A stretch of 64,000 nucleotides of DNA from an uncultured delta proteobacterium (GCA_963845145.1 CAWJQU010000008.1:224001-288000), one strand, 5' to 3'. Numbered from the stretch's first letter, positions 9,343 to 21,000 are shown. Notes: generated by a model from the letters alone, not told the origin. A program made the numbers and translations.

Positions 9343-10254
9343 ATGAGTAACAAAAAACAGCATCCGCGCATACGCGAACTCAAATTTACCCTGCGCCGCA
9401 TTTTCAGGAATCCTTCGGCAATCATCGGCTTTTCGCTGTTGCTCTGTTTTTCCGCCGTGGCCGTTTTCGCCCCGGTTATCGCGCCACCTAAGTATGCGCA
9501 CAACCCTTACCAGATGCCACACAAGGGATACTCACAAACCCCCAAACCCCCCAGCGCCACCAACATTTTCGGGACGACTTCCGGGCAGTACGATATTTTT
9601 TACGGAGCCGTCTGGGGGACCCGCACGGCGTTTAAAATCGGTATTTTTGTTATTGGCATCTCCGTCATTATCGGTGTCTCGTTGGGTATAATTTCCGGAT
9701 ATTACGGAGGCCTTGTCGATGAAATCATCATGCGCATCGTCGACATCATTTATGCAATCCCCCTTCTGGTGTTGACCATGGCCATTGTCGTGGCCTTTGG
9801 GCGCGGTCTCGACAAAGTCATGATTGCCCTGGCCCTGGTCAAGTGGCGCGACTACGTGCGTGTTATGCGATCCGGCATTTTAACCTTGAGGGAACTCGAT
9901 TACATCCAGGCAGCCAAGGTCATGGGGGTGTCCAATTTTAAAATTATGCTCAAGCATATTCTACCGAACGGCATCTATCCGGTACTAGTGATGGCCTCTA
10001 TGGATATCGGATCCATGGTCATCGTCGCGGCATTTATGAGTTTTATCGGCCTGGGGGCGCCCAAGGGCTATGCCGATTGGGGGCAAATGGTCGCCCTGGC
10101 TCGGAACTATATCGTCGGTCCCCCCGATGATCCACTAAAATATTGGCATGCCATCGCCATTCCCGGTATCTGTATCATTTTGTTTGTACTGGCCTGGAAC
10201 TTGATCGGCGACGCCCTGCGCGATGCCTTTGATCCGAAACAGAGAAGAAAATAA
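9343..10254 (+). CDS. dppC: Peptide ABC transporter permease
   Basis: FGTTSGQYDI, DYIQAAKVMG, HILPN and GDALRDAFDPK motifs. Confidence 0.9.
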   Translation: MSNKKQHPRIRELKFTLRRIFRNPSAIIGFSLLLCFSAVAVFAPVIAPPKYAHNPYQMPHKGYSQTPKPPSATNIFGTTSGQYDIFYGAVWGTRTAFKIGIFVIGISVIIGVSLGIISGYYGGLVDEIIMRIVDIIYAIPLLVLTMAIVVAFGRGLDKVMIALALVKWRDYVRVMRSGILTLRELDYIQAAKVMGVSNFKIMLKHILPNGIYPVLVMASMDIGSMVIVAAFMSFIGLGAPKGYADWGQMVALARNYIVGPPDDPLKYWHAIAIPGICIILFVLAWNLIGDALRDAFDPKQRRK

Positions 10255-10323
10255 TCATGACGGTTCCGTCGGATGAGAACTTATTACAATTTTGTTGACT
10301 TAATCTGAATTCATAGAACCCGT

Positions 10324-11385
10324 ATGTCCAAGCTGATTGAAACAATTGATTTAGAAACCAACTTCTACACTTACGAAGGGGTTGTCCGTGCCCTTAACCG
10401 GATCAGTCTGACCATTGACCACGGCGTCACTTTTGGTCTGGTGGGAGAATCCGGGTGTGGAAAAAGCGTCCTGGTGCGTTCTTTAATGCGCATCATTCAG
10501 GAACCGGGACGCATCGACGGGGGGCAAATACTGTTCTACCCCGACCGTGAGACCGATCCTGTCGACCTTGTTCGTCAACCCGATAACTACCTGCGAAAAC
10601 TGCGGGGCAATCTAATATCCATGATCTTTCAGGAACCCAATGCCGCGCTCAATCCGATCATGAGCATTGGCGATCAGATTGCCGAGAGTTTTCTCATCCA
10701 TCGCCGTAAGGAATTAGGACGCGATGCCGCCTCAACCCACGCACTGTTTCCTCTCAACCCCAAACGCCGCTTGCGCCAAGCCGCATTGAAGCGGGTTATC
10801 GCACTATTGGATCAACTCGGCATTGCCAATCCCGAGGAAATCGTCCACCGCTTCCCCCATGAATTGTCCGGGGGCATGAAACAACGCATCGTTATCGCCA
10901 TCGCTCTGGCCTGTCGCCCCATGCTGCTCATCGCCGATGAAGCCACTTCCAATCTCGATGTAACGATCCAGGCCCAAATTCTGCAACTTCTCCGCGAGTT
11001 AAAGGAGACGCAGATATCCTCGATACTTCTTATTACGCATGATTTAGGCGTTGTGGCCGAGACCTGTCAACGGGTGGGTGTCATGTATGCCGGCAACCTG
11101 TGCGAAGTTGCCGACGTAAAAGAGTTGTTTTCAAACCCGCGCCACCCCTATACGCAGGCGCTACTGGCAGCCGTGCCCAAAATCAGCCAGGAAGGCCTGT
11201 TAAAAAGTATCGGCGGTAATGTACCCAATCTGGTTACACCACCACCCGGTTGCCGCTTTCATCCGCGCTGCGCCCAGGCTAAACCTGCTTGCCGTAAACG
11301 ATTCCCGGCGGATACGCACCTCGACAACAACCACACGGTTGCCTGCTATCTCTATACTGACCAACCCCGAGCGAGTGCCCCATGA
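10324..11385 (+). CDS. dppD: Peptide ABC transporter ATPase
   Basis: GESGCGKS, FPHELSGGMKQR, HPYTQALL and GCRFHPRC motifs. Confidence 0.9.
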   Translation: MSKLIETIDLETNFYTYEGVVRALNRISLTIDHGVTFGLVGESGCGKSVLVRSLMRIIQEPGRIDGGQILFYPDRETDPVDLVRQPDNYLRKLRGNLISMIFQEPNAALNPIMSIGDQIAESFLIHRRKELGRDAASTHALFPLNPKRRLRQAALKRVIALLDQLGIANPEEIVHRFPHELSGGMKQRIVIAIALACRPMLLIADEATSNLDVTIQAQILQLLRELKETQISSILLITHDLGVVAETCQRVGVMYAGNLCEVADVKELFSNPRHPYTQALLAAVPKISQEGLLKSIGGNVPNLVTPPPGCRFHPRCAQAKPACRKRFPADTHLDNNHTVACYLYTDQPRASAP

Positions 11386-12434
11386 CCCAACAGACCAAAA
11401 TATTGTCACTCAAAGGCCTGAAGAAACACTACCCCATTAAAGGCGGCGTGTTACGACGCCAGGTGGATTCGGTCAAAGCGCTGGACGGTATCGATATCGA
11501 TATTCAACGGGGCGAGTGTTTGGGTGTCGTGGGGGAATCCGGCTGCGGGAAGACCACAACCGGCAAAACCATCATCGGCCTGGAGAAAGCCACCCATGGG
11601 CAGATCCACTATTTTCCGGAAGGGGGAAATGGACAAGCGCCACCCGTGGATATCACCACCATGGGAAGACGCGCATTAAAGAAAACAGGTATTCGCGCCA
11701 AATTGCAAATGGTATTTCAAGACCCGACAACGTCGCTGGATCCCCGTATGCTGGTGAAAAACATCATTGCCGAACCCATCAATGCCCTCCAACACATCGG
11801 ATCTCGTGAGCTGGAGGCGCGTGTATTGGAGCTGCTCCAAACGGTAGGCTTGACCAAGGATCACTATCTGCGCTATCCCCACGAATTTTCAGGCGGACAG
11901 CGCCAGCGAATCGCCGTGGCCCGAGCCATCGCAACCAACCCGGATTTTCTGGTGCTCGATGAACCCACTTCGGCGCTGGACGTATCGGTACAGGCCCAGA
12001 TTCTAAACCTGCTGGACGCCTTGAGACATAAATTCAACCTCACCTACCTGTTCGTCACCCATCACCTGCTCGTGGTCAAATACATCAGCGACCGCCTGGC
12101 TGTAATGTATCTGGGGAAGGTCGTTGAAGTTGCTCCAACGCAGGAACTCTTCGCCAACCCCAAGCACCCTTACACCCATGCCCTCTTGTCGGGCATTCCA
12201 GCGCCAGATATTGAAAAAAAACAGCATCGAATCGTACTATCCGGTGATGTTCCCAGCCCCTTAAATCCGCCGGCCGGTTGCCGGTTTCATACCCGGTGCC
12301 CATTTGTTATCGACCTCTGTCGCGCAGAAGAACCACTGCTCGAACCACAGGACGTCGCCCATCAGACAGCCTGCCACCGCAAGGATGAGTCAGCACGTCT
12401 GGTTCGCGATACCTTCGGTGGAGCATTGAAATAA
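11382..12434 (+). CDS. dppF: Peptide ABC transporter ATPase
   Basis: GESGCGKT, YPHEFSGGQRQR, LDEPTSALD and GCRFHTRC motifs; ATGA overlap with dppD. Confidence 0.9.
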   Translation: MTQQTKILSLKGLKKHYPIKGGVLRRQVDSVKALDGIDIDIQRGECLGVVGESGCGKTTTGKTIIGLEKATHGQIHYFPEGGNGQAPPVDITTMGRRALKKTGIRAKLQMVFQDPTTSLDPRMLVKNIIAEPINALQHIGSRELEARVLELLQTVGLTKDHYLRYPHEFSGGQRQRIAVARAIATNPDFLVLDEPTSALDVSVQAQILNLLDALRHKFNLTYLFVTHHLLVVKYISDRLAVMYLGKVVEVAPTQELFANPKHPYTHALLSGIPAPDIEKKQHRIVLSGDVPSPLNPPAGCRFHTRCPFVIDLCRAEEPLLEPQDVAHQTACHRKDESARLVRDTFGGALK

Positions 12435-12563
12435 GCTTCCTTTTCATATGGATGTAACTTATAGCGCACCCAACCGACGTAAAACCCTTGACTTTCGTTT
12501 TCCGAAGTTCTACTTGAGAGGCTCGTAGTCGAAAACAAGAAAAAAATGACATGGAGGACTTTT

Positions 12564-12629
12564 ATGCTCGCCTGGGTATTGACCGCTAAAAATAGAAAAA
12601 AACCGGATGTCCTTAATGGAGGCGGGTAA
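12564..12629 (+). CDS. Candidate 21-aa leader peptide (MLAWVLTAKNRKKPDVLNGGG) upstream of rsgA
   Basis: GGAGG RBS 6 nt before the ATG, within the 380-bp intergenic region. Confidence 0.4.
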   Translation: MLAWVLTAKNRKKPDVLNGGG

Positions 12630-12813
12630 GAGAAGACACCGGTCAATCTGTAGGTCATGTAGTTACAAAACTTAACCTTGTCATACAGCCAGTATGCTTG
12701 GTTTCTGTTCGCCTGCCCTTCTTACCGCTCGGTCTCCCTTTGCTCGAAGCATCTTCGTTTAAAATTAATCTATCATCACCAGAAAATCAATTCTGGATGA
12801 AAAGGAAAATACC

Positions 12814-13923
12814 ATGTCATTAAATGAATTGGGGTGGAGCCCCTATTTTGATAATCTATTATCGCAAATTGACAGCCGGAAATATACGGTTGGCAGGATC
12901 ATCACCCGACATAGTGCTGTATGCGCTGTACGAACCGAAAATGGAGAATATTTTGGTGAAGTCTCAGGGCGTCTTTACCATGACGCTCAGGAGACAAGTG
13001 TTTTACCTGTGGTGGGGGATTGGGTGCTGATTTCGGTTACGCCCACTTCGGAAATAACCGGTAAGGGACAAGCCATCATTCATCACATCCTGGATCGAAA
13101 AACAAGTGTCTCCAGGGGCGCCGCCGGCACGGCCGGAAAACGGGAAGGTAAGGGACTTAAAAAAGAGCAAGTCATTGCCGCCAATATTGATACGCTGTTT
13201 ATTGTCGCCGGTATGGATCGGGAGTTCAATTTGCGTCGAATTGAGCGCTATCTGGCCATGGCCTATAATAGTGGGGCCGCGCCGGCGATTCTTTTGAATA
13301 AGGCGGATCTTTACAATAACATGGCCGAATGTATTGCAGATGTCGAATCTATAGCGCTTGATGTACCGGTATACGCTGTCAGTGCAAAAAATAATCTCGG
13401 CATGGATGCTATCAAGCATCATATCCCTATAGGGAAGACAGCCGCGTTTATGGGGTCGTCCGGTGTTGGTAAATCATCCATCATAAACTGTCTCCTGGGT
13501 TACGAACGACAGAGAACCACAGAGATAAGTACCAGTATGAATAAAGGCGTACACACCACAACCCACCGGGAATTGATATGCCTTGAAGGTGGGGGAATGG
13601 TCATAGATAACCCCGGTATGCGTGAGCTGACCCTTTGGGCCACCGATAACGCCGTTGAAAATCTCTTTCAGGATATCGAAGGCCAGGCCCGACAGTGCCG
13701 GTTTAATGACTGCCAGCATAATAGCGAGCCTGGATGTGCGGTTAAACAGGCCATCGAAACCGGAGAGATCGAATCCAAAAGGTTGGTCAGCTATCAGAAA
13801 TTGAAGAACGAGGAGACTTTTTTCAAACAACGCCAAAGCAAAAGCACGGATGCCATAGAAAAAGAAAAATGGCGAAAAATAAAGATGCAATACCGGCAAA
13901 CGAAAAAGTCATTTACCTCTTAA
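12814..13923 (+). CDS. rsgA: Ribosome small subunit-dependent GTPase A (circularly permuted GTPase)
   Basis: PVVGDWV, NKAD, GSSGVGKSS, GVHTTT, DNPGMRE and the CRFNDCQHNSEPGC zinc finger. Confidence 0.95.
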   Translation: MSLNELGWSPYFDNLLSQIDSRKYTVGRIITRHSAVCAVRTENGEYFGEVSGRLYHDAQETSVLPVVGDWVLISVTPTSEITGKGQAIIHHILDRKTSVSRGAAGTAGKREGKGLKKEQVIAANIDTLFIVAGMDREFNLRRIERYLAMAYNSGAAPAILLNKADLYNNMAECIADVESIALDVPVYAVSAKNNLGMDAIKHHIPIGKTAAFMGSSGVGKSSIINCLLGYERQRTTEISTSMNKGVHTTTHRELICLEGGGMVIDNPGMRELTLWATDNAVENLFQDIEGQARQCRFNDCQHNSEPGCAVKQAIETGEIESKRLVSYQKLKNEETFFKQRQSKSTDAIEKEKWRKIKMQYRQTKKSFTS

Positions 13924-13944
13924 CTTTGAACGCATGGTGACCTC

Positions 13945-14028
13945 GCAGGCTGTTTAAAAACGTTATGCGCAATTTGAGGAGGATTTTAATGCAGTATAGC
14001 CCAACGCAATCGTTTTTTAACAGCCTGC
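13945..14028. repeat. 84-bp element with 18-bp terminal inverted repeats (MITE/REP-like; could also terminate the convergent genes)
   Basis: GCAGGCTGTTTAAAAACG (13945-13962) vs CGTTTTTTAACAGCCTGC (14011-14028), 17/18 complementary. Confidence 0.6.
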
Positions 14029-14642
14029 TAATCCTCCTGATCTTTGATTGGCGAAGGGGGAGGAAATGCCAGCGCTTCGGTCAAATGATAGGCGGCCTGA
14101 AGATACGAGGTGGGGCAGAGCGTAAAGCATGCTTTGCAATCTTTGCACTCTTTTGCAGCTACTTCAGGAATAAATTTAATTTCCCGGGTGGAGCCTCTAT
14201 CAAAAAAACCGAGGGCGTTTTTCTTCACGACCTCAGTACAATACCTGACGCATAGACCGCATAAAATGCAAAAGGAGGACTGTTTTTCAAACCGGTCTTT
14301 GTCGGCGCCATACTCTTTTGCCAGACTCAAAAGGGCTTCGGAATCCGGTGCGTGAGCCAGGAATTGTTCCACTAAGATTTTGCGAATGCTGTCAATTTCC
14401 TTACTGTGCGTATTGACAACCATATTTTGATCGACGGGTCGAACACAGGCCGCGCCTAAACCTTTTCTGCCGCCGGCGTCAATTTCTACCACGCAAATTC
14501 GGCAGGCCCCATAGGGCTCCAGTTCCTCGTGGTGACAAAGCGTCGGGATATGTATTTCCGCACTACGGGCGGCTTCCAGAATGGTCATCCCTTCTTTAGC
14601 TTCAATGTCTTTTCCATCGATTTGCAAATGAATGTTGCTCAT
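14028..14642 (-). CDS. bamI: 2Fe-2S/4Fe-4S protein, NuoG N-terminus-like subunit of class II benzoyl-CoA reductase
   Basis: IPTLCHH, GACRICVVE and CILCGLCVRYC motifs; last gene of the bam operon. Confidence 0.8.
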   Translation of the reverse strand: MSNIHLQIDGKDIEAKEGMTILEAARSAEIHIPTLCHHEELEPYGACRICVVEIDAGGRKGLGAACVRPVDQNMVVNTHSKEIDSIRKILVEQFLAHAPDSEALLSLAKEYGADKDRFEKQSSFCILCGLCVRYCTEVVKKNALGFFDRGSTREIKFIPEVAAKECKDCKACFTLCPTSYLQAAYHLTEALAFPPPSPIKDQED

Positions 14643-14643
14643 A

Positions 14644-16581
14644 TTATTTACTCTTTCCTGCGATCATTCTTTTTTCTTCAGGGATAGGCGCCGGAACAGG
14701 TTCGCCGGACAGCCGTGTTACCGCACCAAAGCGTGAGGGGCAAACCTCGTAGCACGTGCCGCAGTTTGTGCATTTATCCTGATCAATGACGTGGATCTGT
14801 TTTTTAGCGCCGTCAATGGCTTCGGCGGGGCACTTTCGACTGCAAATTCGGCAGGCCATGCATTTTTCCGGATCAATGTAGTAAGCAATGAGGTCCTTGC
14901 AGACAAACGCCGGGCATCGCTTGTCCTCGATATGGGCTTCATACTCATCTCTGAAGTAGCGGATCGTGCTCAAGACCGGATTCGGCGCACTCCCTCCCAG
15001 GGCGCAAAGAGAGGCGTTCTTGGTTGATATGGCGATCTCCTCTAAAAACTCGATATCCCCCTCTCGCCCCTTGCCTTCACTGATTCTTGTCATAATTGAA
15101 AGCATGTGAGTGATGCCTTCACGGCATGGGGAGCATTTTCCGCATGATTCACCCGATAGAAACTTTAGAAAATATTTAGCGACATCGATCATGCAGGTAT
15201 CTTCATCCATGACGATCATCCCACCGGACCCCATAATCGCACCGACCTTGGCCAATTCGTCAAAGTCGACTTTAATATCCAGGTGCTCTTCAGGAATACA
15301 ACCACCTGACGGCCCACCGGTCTGAACGGCCTTGAACTTTTTTCCTCCGGGAACGCCGCCGCCGATCTTAAAGATGATATCTCTCAGGGTAATGCCCATA
15401 GGAACTTCTACCAGGCCGGTATTGGTTACCTTCCCGACCAGCGAGAAAATCTTGGTACCCTTGCTGTTCTCGGTGCCGATGGATGAAATAAATTCGGGGC
15501 CGTTATTAAGAATCAAGGGAATATTGGACCAGGTCTCTACATTATTGATATTTGTCGGTTTGCCAAAGAGTCCTTTTACAGCTGGAAACGGCGGCCTTGC
15601 CTTGGGTTCACCCGGCTTACCCTCAAGGGACGCGAGAAGCGCTGTTTCTTCACCGCAAACAAACGCACCGGCCCCCTGGTGCACGGTAATCTTAAAATCA
15701 AAGCCTGAGCCAAGTATATTTTCTCCAATCAAACCCAACTCTTCAGCCTGCTTAATGGCAAGGGTGACATTTTCGACGGCCAACGGGTATTCCTGCCGGG
15801 CATAAATATATCCCTCGCCGGCACCAATGGCATAAGCGCCGATAATAAACCCTTCGAGTACGGCAAAGGGGTTTCCCTCTAGGAGCGCTCTATCCATAAA
15901 CGCCCCGGGATCTCCCTCATCGGCATTGACAATGACGTATTTTTTCTTTTCTTTACTTGCGGCGGCAAAGCCCCACTTGATTCCAGCCGGAAACCCGGCA
16001 CCACCTCGACCCCTTAATTGTGAATCCTTCACCAACTGCACCACCTGCTCAGGCGTCTCGTCAATGAGGGCCTTCACCAGGGCGGAAAAGCCGCCCACGG
16101 CGAAATAGTCTTCAATGCTTTTAGGGTCAAGTTTGATATTATTACCGATCAGGTGGCGCGCCTGATTCTTGTAAAATGGTATCTCAGATTCGTGGGCGAT
16201 TGTCTCATCACTGTCGGGATCTTTATAAAGCAATCTGTCGATGACCTTCTTTTTAACGATGGTCTGAGAAATGATCTCTTCTGCATCGTCCGGTTTCACT
16301 TGAAGATAACATGTCTCCTCCGGATAGATCACAACAATGGGGCCTCTTTCACAAAAGCCGGGACAACCCGTTTTCCTGATATCGACGATCTTGGTATCAA
16401 GTGCCCGCTTTTCTATTTCCTCTTCAAGGGCGGCAACCACTTTACCCGCACCTAGAGCAAGGCAGCCCGTCCCCGTGCATACAGAAATGCAAGGCTTATT
16501 GGGATCCCTTTTTGATATAATGTCCTTCCTGAATTCTTCCAATTCAGCAGGTGAATTTAACCTTGGCATAATATTGGGCAT
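14644..16581 (-). CDS. bamH: NuoF-like NADH-binding flavoprotein subunit
   Basis: LRGRGGAGFP, NADEGDPGAFMDR, GAFVCGEETAL, ESCGKCSPCREG and a C-terminal 2x[4Fe-4S] domain. Confidence 0.85.
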   Translation of the reverse strand: MPNIMPRLNSPAELEEFRKDIISKRDPNKPCISVCTGTGCLALGAGKVVAALEEEIEKRALDTKIVDIRKTGCPGFCERGPIVVIYPEETCYLQVKPDDAEEIISQTIVKKKVIDRLLYKDPDSDETIAHESEIPFYKNQARHLIGNNIKLDPKSIEDYFAVGGFSALVKALIDETPEQVVQLVKDSQLRGRGGAGFPAGIKWGFAAASKEKKKYVIVNADEGDPGAFMDRALLEGNPFAVLEGFIIGAYAIGAGEGYIYARQEYPLAVENVTLAIKQAEELGLIGENILGSGFDFKITVHQGAGAFVCGEETALLASLEGKPGEPKARPPFPAVKGLFGKPTNINNVETWSNIPLILNNGPEFISSIGTENSKGTKIFSLVGKVTNTGLVEVPMGITLRDIIFKIGGGVPGGKKFKAVQTGGPSGGCIPEEHLDIKVDFDELAKVGAIMGSGGMIVMDEDTCMIDVAKYFLKFLSGESCGKCSPCREGITHMLSIMTRISEGKGREGDIEFLEEIAISTKNASLCALGGSAPNPVLSTIRYFRDEYEAHIEDKRCPAFVCKDLIAYYIDPEKCMACRICSRKCPAEAIDGAKKQIHVIDQDKCTNCGTCYEVCPSRFGAVTRLSGEPVPAPIPEEKRMIAGKSK

Positions 16582-16590
16582 AATCTTTCC

Positions 16591-17043
16591 TTACTCGTAG
16601 TTTTTCAACACGTCGTCTGTCTCGGCCGATGCCATATTGCCATGATATTCGCCGTCAATGACCACCACCGGCCCCAAAGCACAGCAACCGACACAGCTCA
16701 CGGTATCGAGGCTGAACTTCAATTCCTGGTCGGTTTCGCCGGGACTGATTCCGGTATGTTCTTCAACTGCGTTCAGGACGCGAGTCGCCCCGCGCACATG
16801 ACAGGCCGTGCCGGTACAGACATGGACTTCATGGCGCCCTTTAGGCACGATACTGAATGCTTTATAAAAGCTAATGATGTGTTGTATCCGGTTCAACGGC
16901 ACGTCCAGTTTCTTGCTGACCATGTTTAGCGCTTCCTTTGGAAGCCATCGAAGCTCGCTTTGAATATCGATCAGCACCTGAATCAGTGAGCTGGGGTCAC
17001 TCGGATATTTATCTATGATCTTTTCGATTTTACCATTATCCAT
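16591..17043 (-). CDS. bamG: NuoE-like 2Fe-2S subunit
   Basis: CTGTACHVRG and CVGCCALGP motifs; start taken at MDNGK. Confidence 0.85.
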   Translation of the reverse strand: MDNGKIEKIIDKYPSDPSSLIQVLIDIQSELRWLPKEALNMVSKKLDVPLNRIQHIISFYKAFSIVPKGRHEVHVCTGTACHVRGATRVLNAVEEHTGISPGETDQELKFSLDTVSCVGCCALGPVVVIDGEYHGNMASAETDDVLKNYE

Positions 17044-17099
17044 TACCGCTATCCTAATTTTCTTATTTCTGTGTCTTTCATTATTTAACCTTAGTTGTC

Positions 17100-17867
17100 C
17101 TACACAACACAAAAACGCATTTGATTTGCATCGAATTCGATAAATCCCTGCCTTGCGGAGCGATTAAGCTGGTTGGAAGCGTCACCCGGCGTTACGCCTA
17201 AAATTTCAGAAATTTCTTTGGCTGAACAAGGTTTTTCTCGCAGGATCGCCATGATTTGGCTTAGTTCCACCTTGTCTGCAACCAAATCCTGGAATATTTT
17301 GTAAAATTCATCGCTATCAAAAAACGCATTATACGCTTCTACCGATTTCACTGGGACGCGTAATCGCTCTCTTTCAACTAGTTTTATGTAGGGAACTAAA
17401 TTATATACAATTTCAAGGTTGCGCCTTAAAACGGTTTCATCGATCCCCTCACCCTTGCCGAGAGGCCCCATCTCCCTAACCTTATTGGAGAAATCATTCA
17501 TCACATGGGCATAACGGTTCCCCTCAGAGGCGGACATGTATTCAAGCCTTAACCTTTCGGGGTTCAACCCGATCATTTCGAGCAATTTTCTTCCGATATG
17601 AAGCATACTCAATGCGCCATAATTACCCTGGGTAAGATAATGGCATTCCCCGGGATAGCATCCGCCGATAAGCACCCCGTCTTTTCCATTTAAAAGTGTT
17701 CGGAAGATGAATGCCAGGTCAACCCTGCCCGTACACATGACGCGAACGATCTTAATATTTGACAAATATTGTAGTCTGGAAACTCCAGCCAAATCCGCAG
17801 CGGAGTATCCTCACCAAGTGCACAGAAAACCTAAGATGCTTGGTTTAAATTCGAGTCCAGTAGCCAT
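17100..17867 (-). CDS. bamF: MvhD-like selenoprotein subunit (Sec19, CxxU)
   Basis: Reads MATGLEFKPSILGFLCTW-TGA-GYSAADLAGVSR through the in-frame TGA at 17811-17813 into VRVMCTGRVD and GGCYPGECHY. A hairpin GGATACTCC...GGAGTTTCC follows the TGA directly. Confidence 0.9.
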
Positions 17868-18009
17868 TCTTTTCCCACTCCTGTAGCAGTTTTCACTGCG
17901 GCTTTCATTTTTTAAATATTTTCAGAGAGATGGTGACCTCAGCAGAGACCGCCCACGTTATAGCCACCCGGTGTAGCAATCGGGTGTAGCAATCGGGCAA
18001 ATGCACTTT

Positions 18010-21000
18010 TCAGGACGCATCAATCTGGCAAAAGATCTCATCATCGGTAAAGTGTTTTAAAGAAATTGCCCGCGCCGGACACACGGTGTTACACAGGCCA
18101 TCCCCTTTGCATAGGATCGGATTTACCATGGCCTTTTTACCTTTTTCCGTCTCGTAAAACGCTATAGCCCCATAATTACATACCGATATACATGCACCGC
18201 ACGATTCACAGGCGCTCTCATCGACCTCGCAGATAGCCCCCGAGGCCGTCACCGATTCCTTGTTCAGGATCGTAATCGCCCGACCTGCCGCACCATATGC
18301 CTGGCTGATGGTCTCCGTGATATGCTTGGGATAATGAGCAATGCCGCACAGGAATAACCCCTCGGCCGCAAAGTCTACCGGTCTTAATTTTGCGTGGGCC
18401 TCTTGAAAAAAACCATCCGGATTCACCGCCACTTTGAACAGCCGCGCTACTTCCATACTCTCTTCCGATGGAATCACTGCCGCCGACAGTGTCAGCACAT
18501 CTGCATCCAGCGCCAAGCGCTGGCCCAATACAGGATCCGGCACCGTCACTCTTAATATCGATTTGCCGCCCTCGGTGGTCGCTTCCACCTCAGGCTTGCC
18601 ATCCGGTTCCCAACGGATAAACAACACGCCTTTATCTGCCGCCTCACGATAGTAATCTTCCCTGTATCCATAGGTTCGCATGTCCCTAAAGAGAATGTAG
18701 ATCTCCATCTCGGGATTGAGCACTTTGAGGTTCGTGGCGTTTTTTATGGCGTGACTGCAACAGATGCGGGCGCAGTAATTCCTGTCCTCGTTTCGGCACC
18801 CCACACATTGAATCATTACCAGGTTCTTGGATTGGATCAACGCTTCATCATGTTTTGCGATCCGCTCTTCTAACTCGAGCTGGGTCAACACATTGTCGTT
18901 TTCTCCGTAAAGGTACTCGGTGGGTGTATATTCTACCGCCCCGGTAGCAAGAATGGCCGCACCATGCTCAATGTCTTTGACCCGTCCTTCGCTCTTTACC
19001 GTGGTGGTAAAATTGCCCACATATCCCATCACATTCGTTATGGTTGCATCGTGGGACACCTGGATGTGAGGGTGTTGATACACCTGTTTGATAGTATCTT
19101 TTAAGAAACCCTGAACATCCATACCTTCCAGGGTGGTATGAATTTTTCGCGCCACGCCGCCCAATTCTTTATTTTTTTCCAGCAACTGAACCCGAAATCC
19201 CTGGTTGGCCATACTAATGGCACTGGTCATACCGGCAAGCCCGCCGCCGACCACCAGTGCTGTTTTATTTACCGGCAGCTCAAACTCCTCGAGGGGCTCA
19301 AGAAGCGCTGTCCGGGCAACGGACATGCGAACGATCTCCTTGGCTTTCCCTGTGGCGACCTCCGGTTCCTTGGAATGCACCCAGGAGCAGTGTTCTCTGA
19401 TGTTGGCCATGTCGTAGAAGTACTGGTTGATGCCCCCTTCACGACAGGTATCCCTGAATAACGGCTCATGGGTTCTGGGCGTGCAGGCGGCCACCACCAC
19501 CCGGTTGAGCCCTTTTTCCCGTATCTGATCCGATATCTGCTTGGCGTTGTCCGTCGAGCAGGCAAAAAGGCTCTCCTGGGCATGTACCACATTCTCCAGC
19601 CCGGCGGCATACGCCACCACTTCCGGCACATCCACCACCCGGCCGATATTGGCGCCACAATGGCATACAAAAACGCCCACGCGGGGCTCCTCCTGGGACA
19701 CATCCCTCTCCCGCGGGTAGACCCGGTCTTTAGCAAGATCCCCTCGGCGGTAGGCCAGCAACTGGCTGCAGAGGGCATCGGCCCCGCTGGCACCCATGAC
19801 CGACTCTGGGATATCGATGGGCCCCTGAAACGCGCCACTGACAAAAATCCCCGGCCGCGTGGTTTCAATGGGATTTAGCGGATTAGATTCGCAGAACCCG
19901 TGTTCGTTTAGCTCAATACCAAACTGGTCCGCCAATTTCTCTACGTTCTTCGGCGGGTTTAATCCCACGGATAATACGACGAGTTCAAATTCTTCTTCCT
20001 TAACGCCGTCATCGGCCGTCGAATATCTTATGGTGACATTCTTGGTCTCCGGGTCCTCTTTTTCCACCGACACATAACTTCTTACAAACGCTACCCCGGG
20101 TAGATTTTCCGCCCGCTGGTAAAACCGCTCAAAATCCTTCCCAAAGGCCCGAATATCGTTATGGAAAATTTTTGCCTCAATATTCGCATCGTGATCTTTT
20201 GCCAGGATAACCTGTTTTTGCGTATACGCGCAGCACACCCCGGAGCAATAGCTATTTCCGCCCTCGATTACCTGCCGGGATCCCACACACTGAATCCAGG
20301 CGATTTTCTTCGGATGTTTCTTGTCCGATGGGCGCAGAATCTCACCCTCATAAGGACCGGTGGAACCTAAGATCCTTTCAAAGTCGAGGCTTGTGACCAC
20401 GTTTTCCATGAGCCCATAGCCATAGTCGTTCCGCAATTTCGGGTCAAACACATCAAACCCCGGCGACATGATGATCGCGCCGACCTCTAATTGGATCGTA
20501 TCTTCCTTTTGATTAAGATCAATAGCTCGGTTTTGACAGGCACCGATACAGATGTTGCATTTTTCATCTTGGAGATAAAGGCAGGTATCAGGGTCCACAT
20601 ACGTGATCAGCGGAACGGCCTGAGAAAAGTAGATATGGACGGCTTTGCTCAAAGATAAGTTTTGATTATACTCGTCCGGAATTTTTACCGGGCAAACCTC
20701 CACGCAGGTTCCGCACCCCGTACATCGATCTTCGATGATATATCTTGGTTTTTTGGTCAGGGTGATCTTAAAATCTCCGGCTTTGCCTTTTACACGCTCA
20801 ACGTCAGTGTATGTCAGAATCGCTATATTGGGATGTCTGCTGCATTCAATAAACTTTGGCGACTCAATACACATGGAGCAGTCATTGGTGGGAAAGGTTT
20901 TATCAAGTTGAGCCATCTTTCCTCCGATGGCCGGAGCTTGATCAACGAGACAAACGCTAAACCCTGTATTTGCAAGGTCAAGGGCGGCTTGGATGCCGCT

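Noticed and set aside
14028..17043. NuoEFG as complex I or an [FeFe]-hydrogenase
   Set aside because: No membrane nuo subunits or H-cluster domain; the synteny matches bamGHI.
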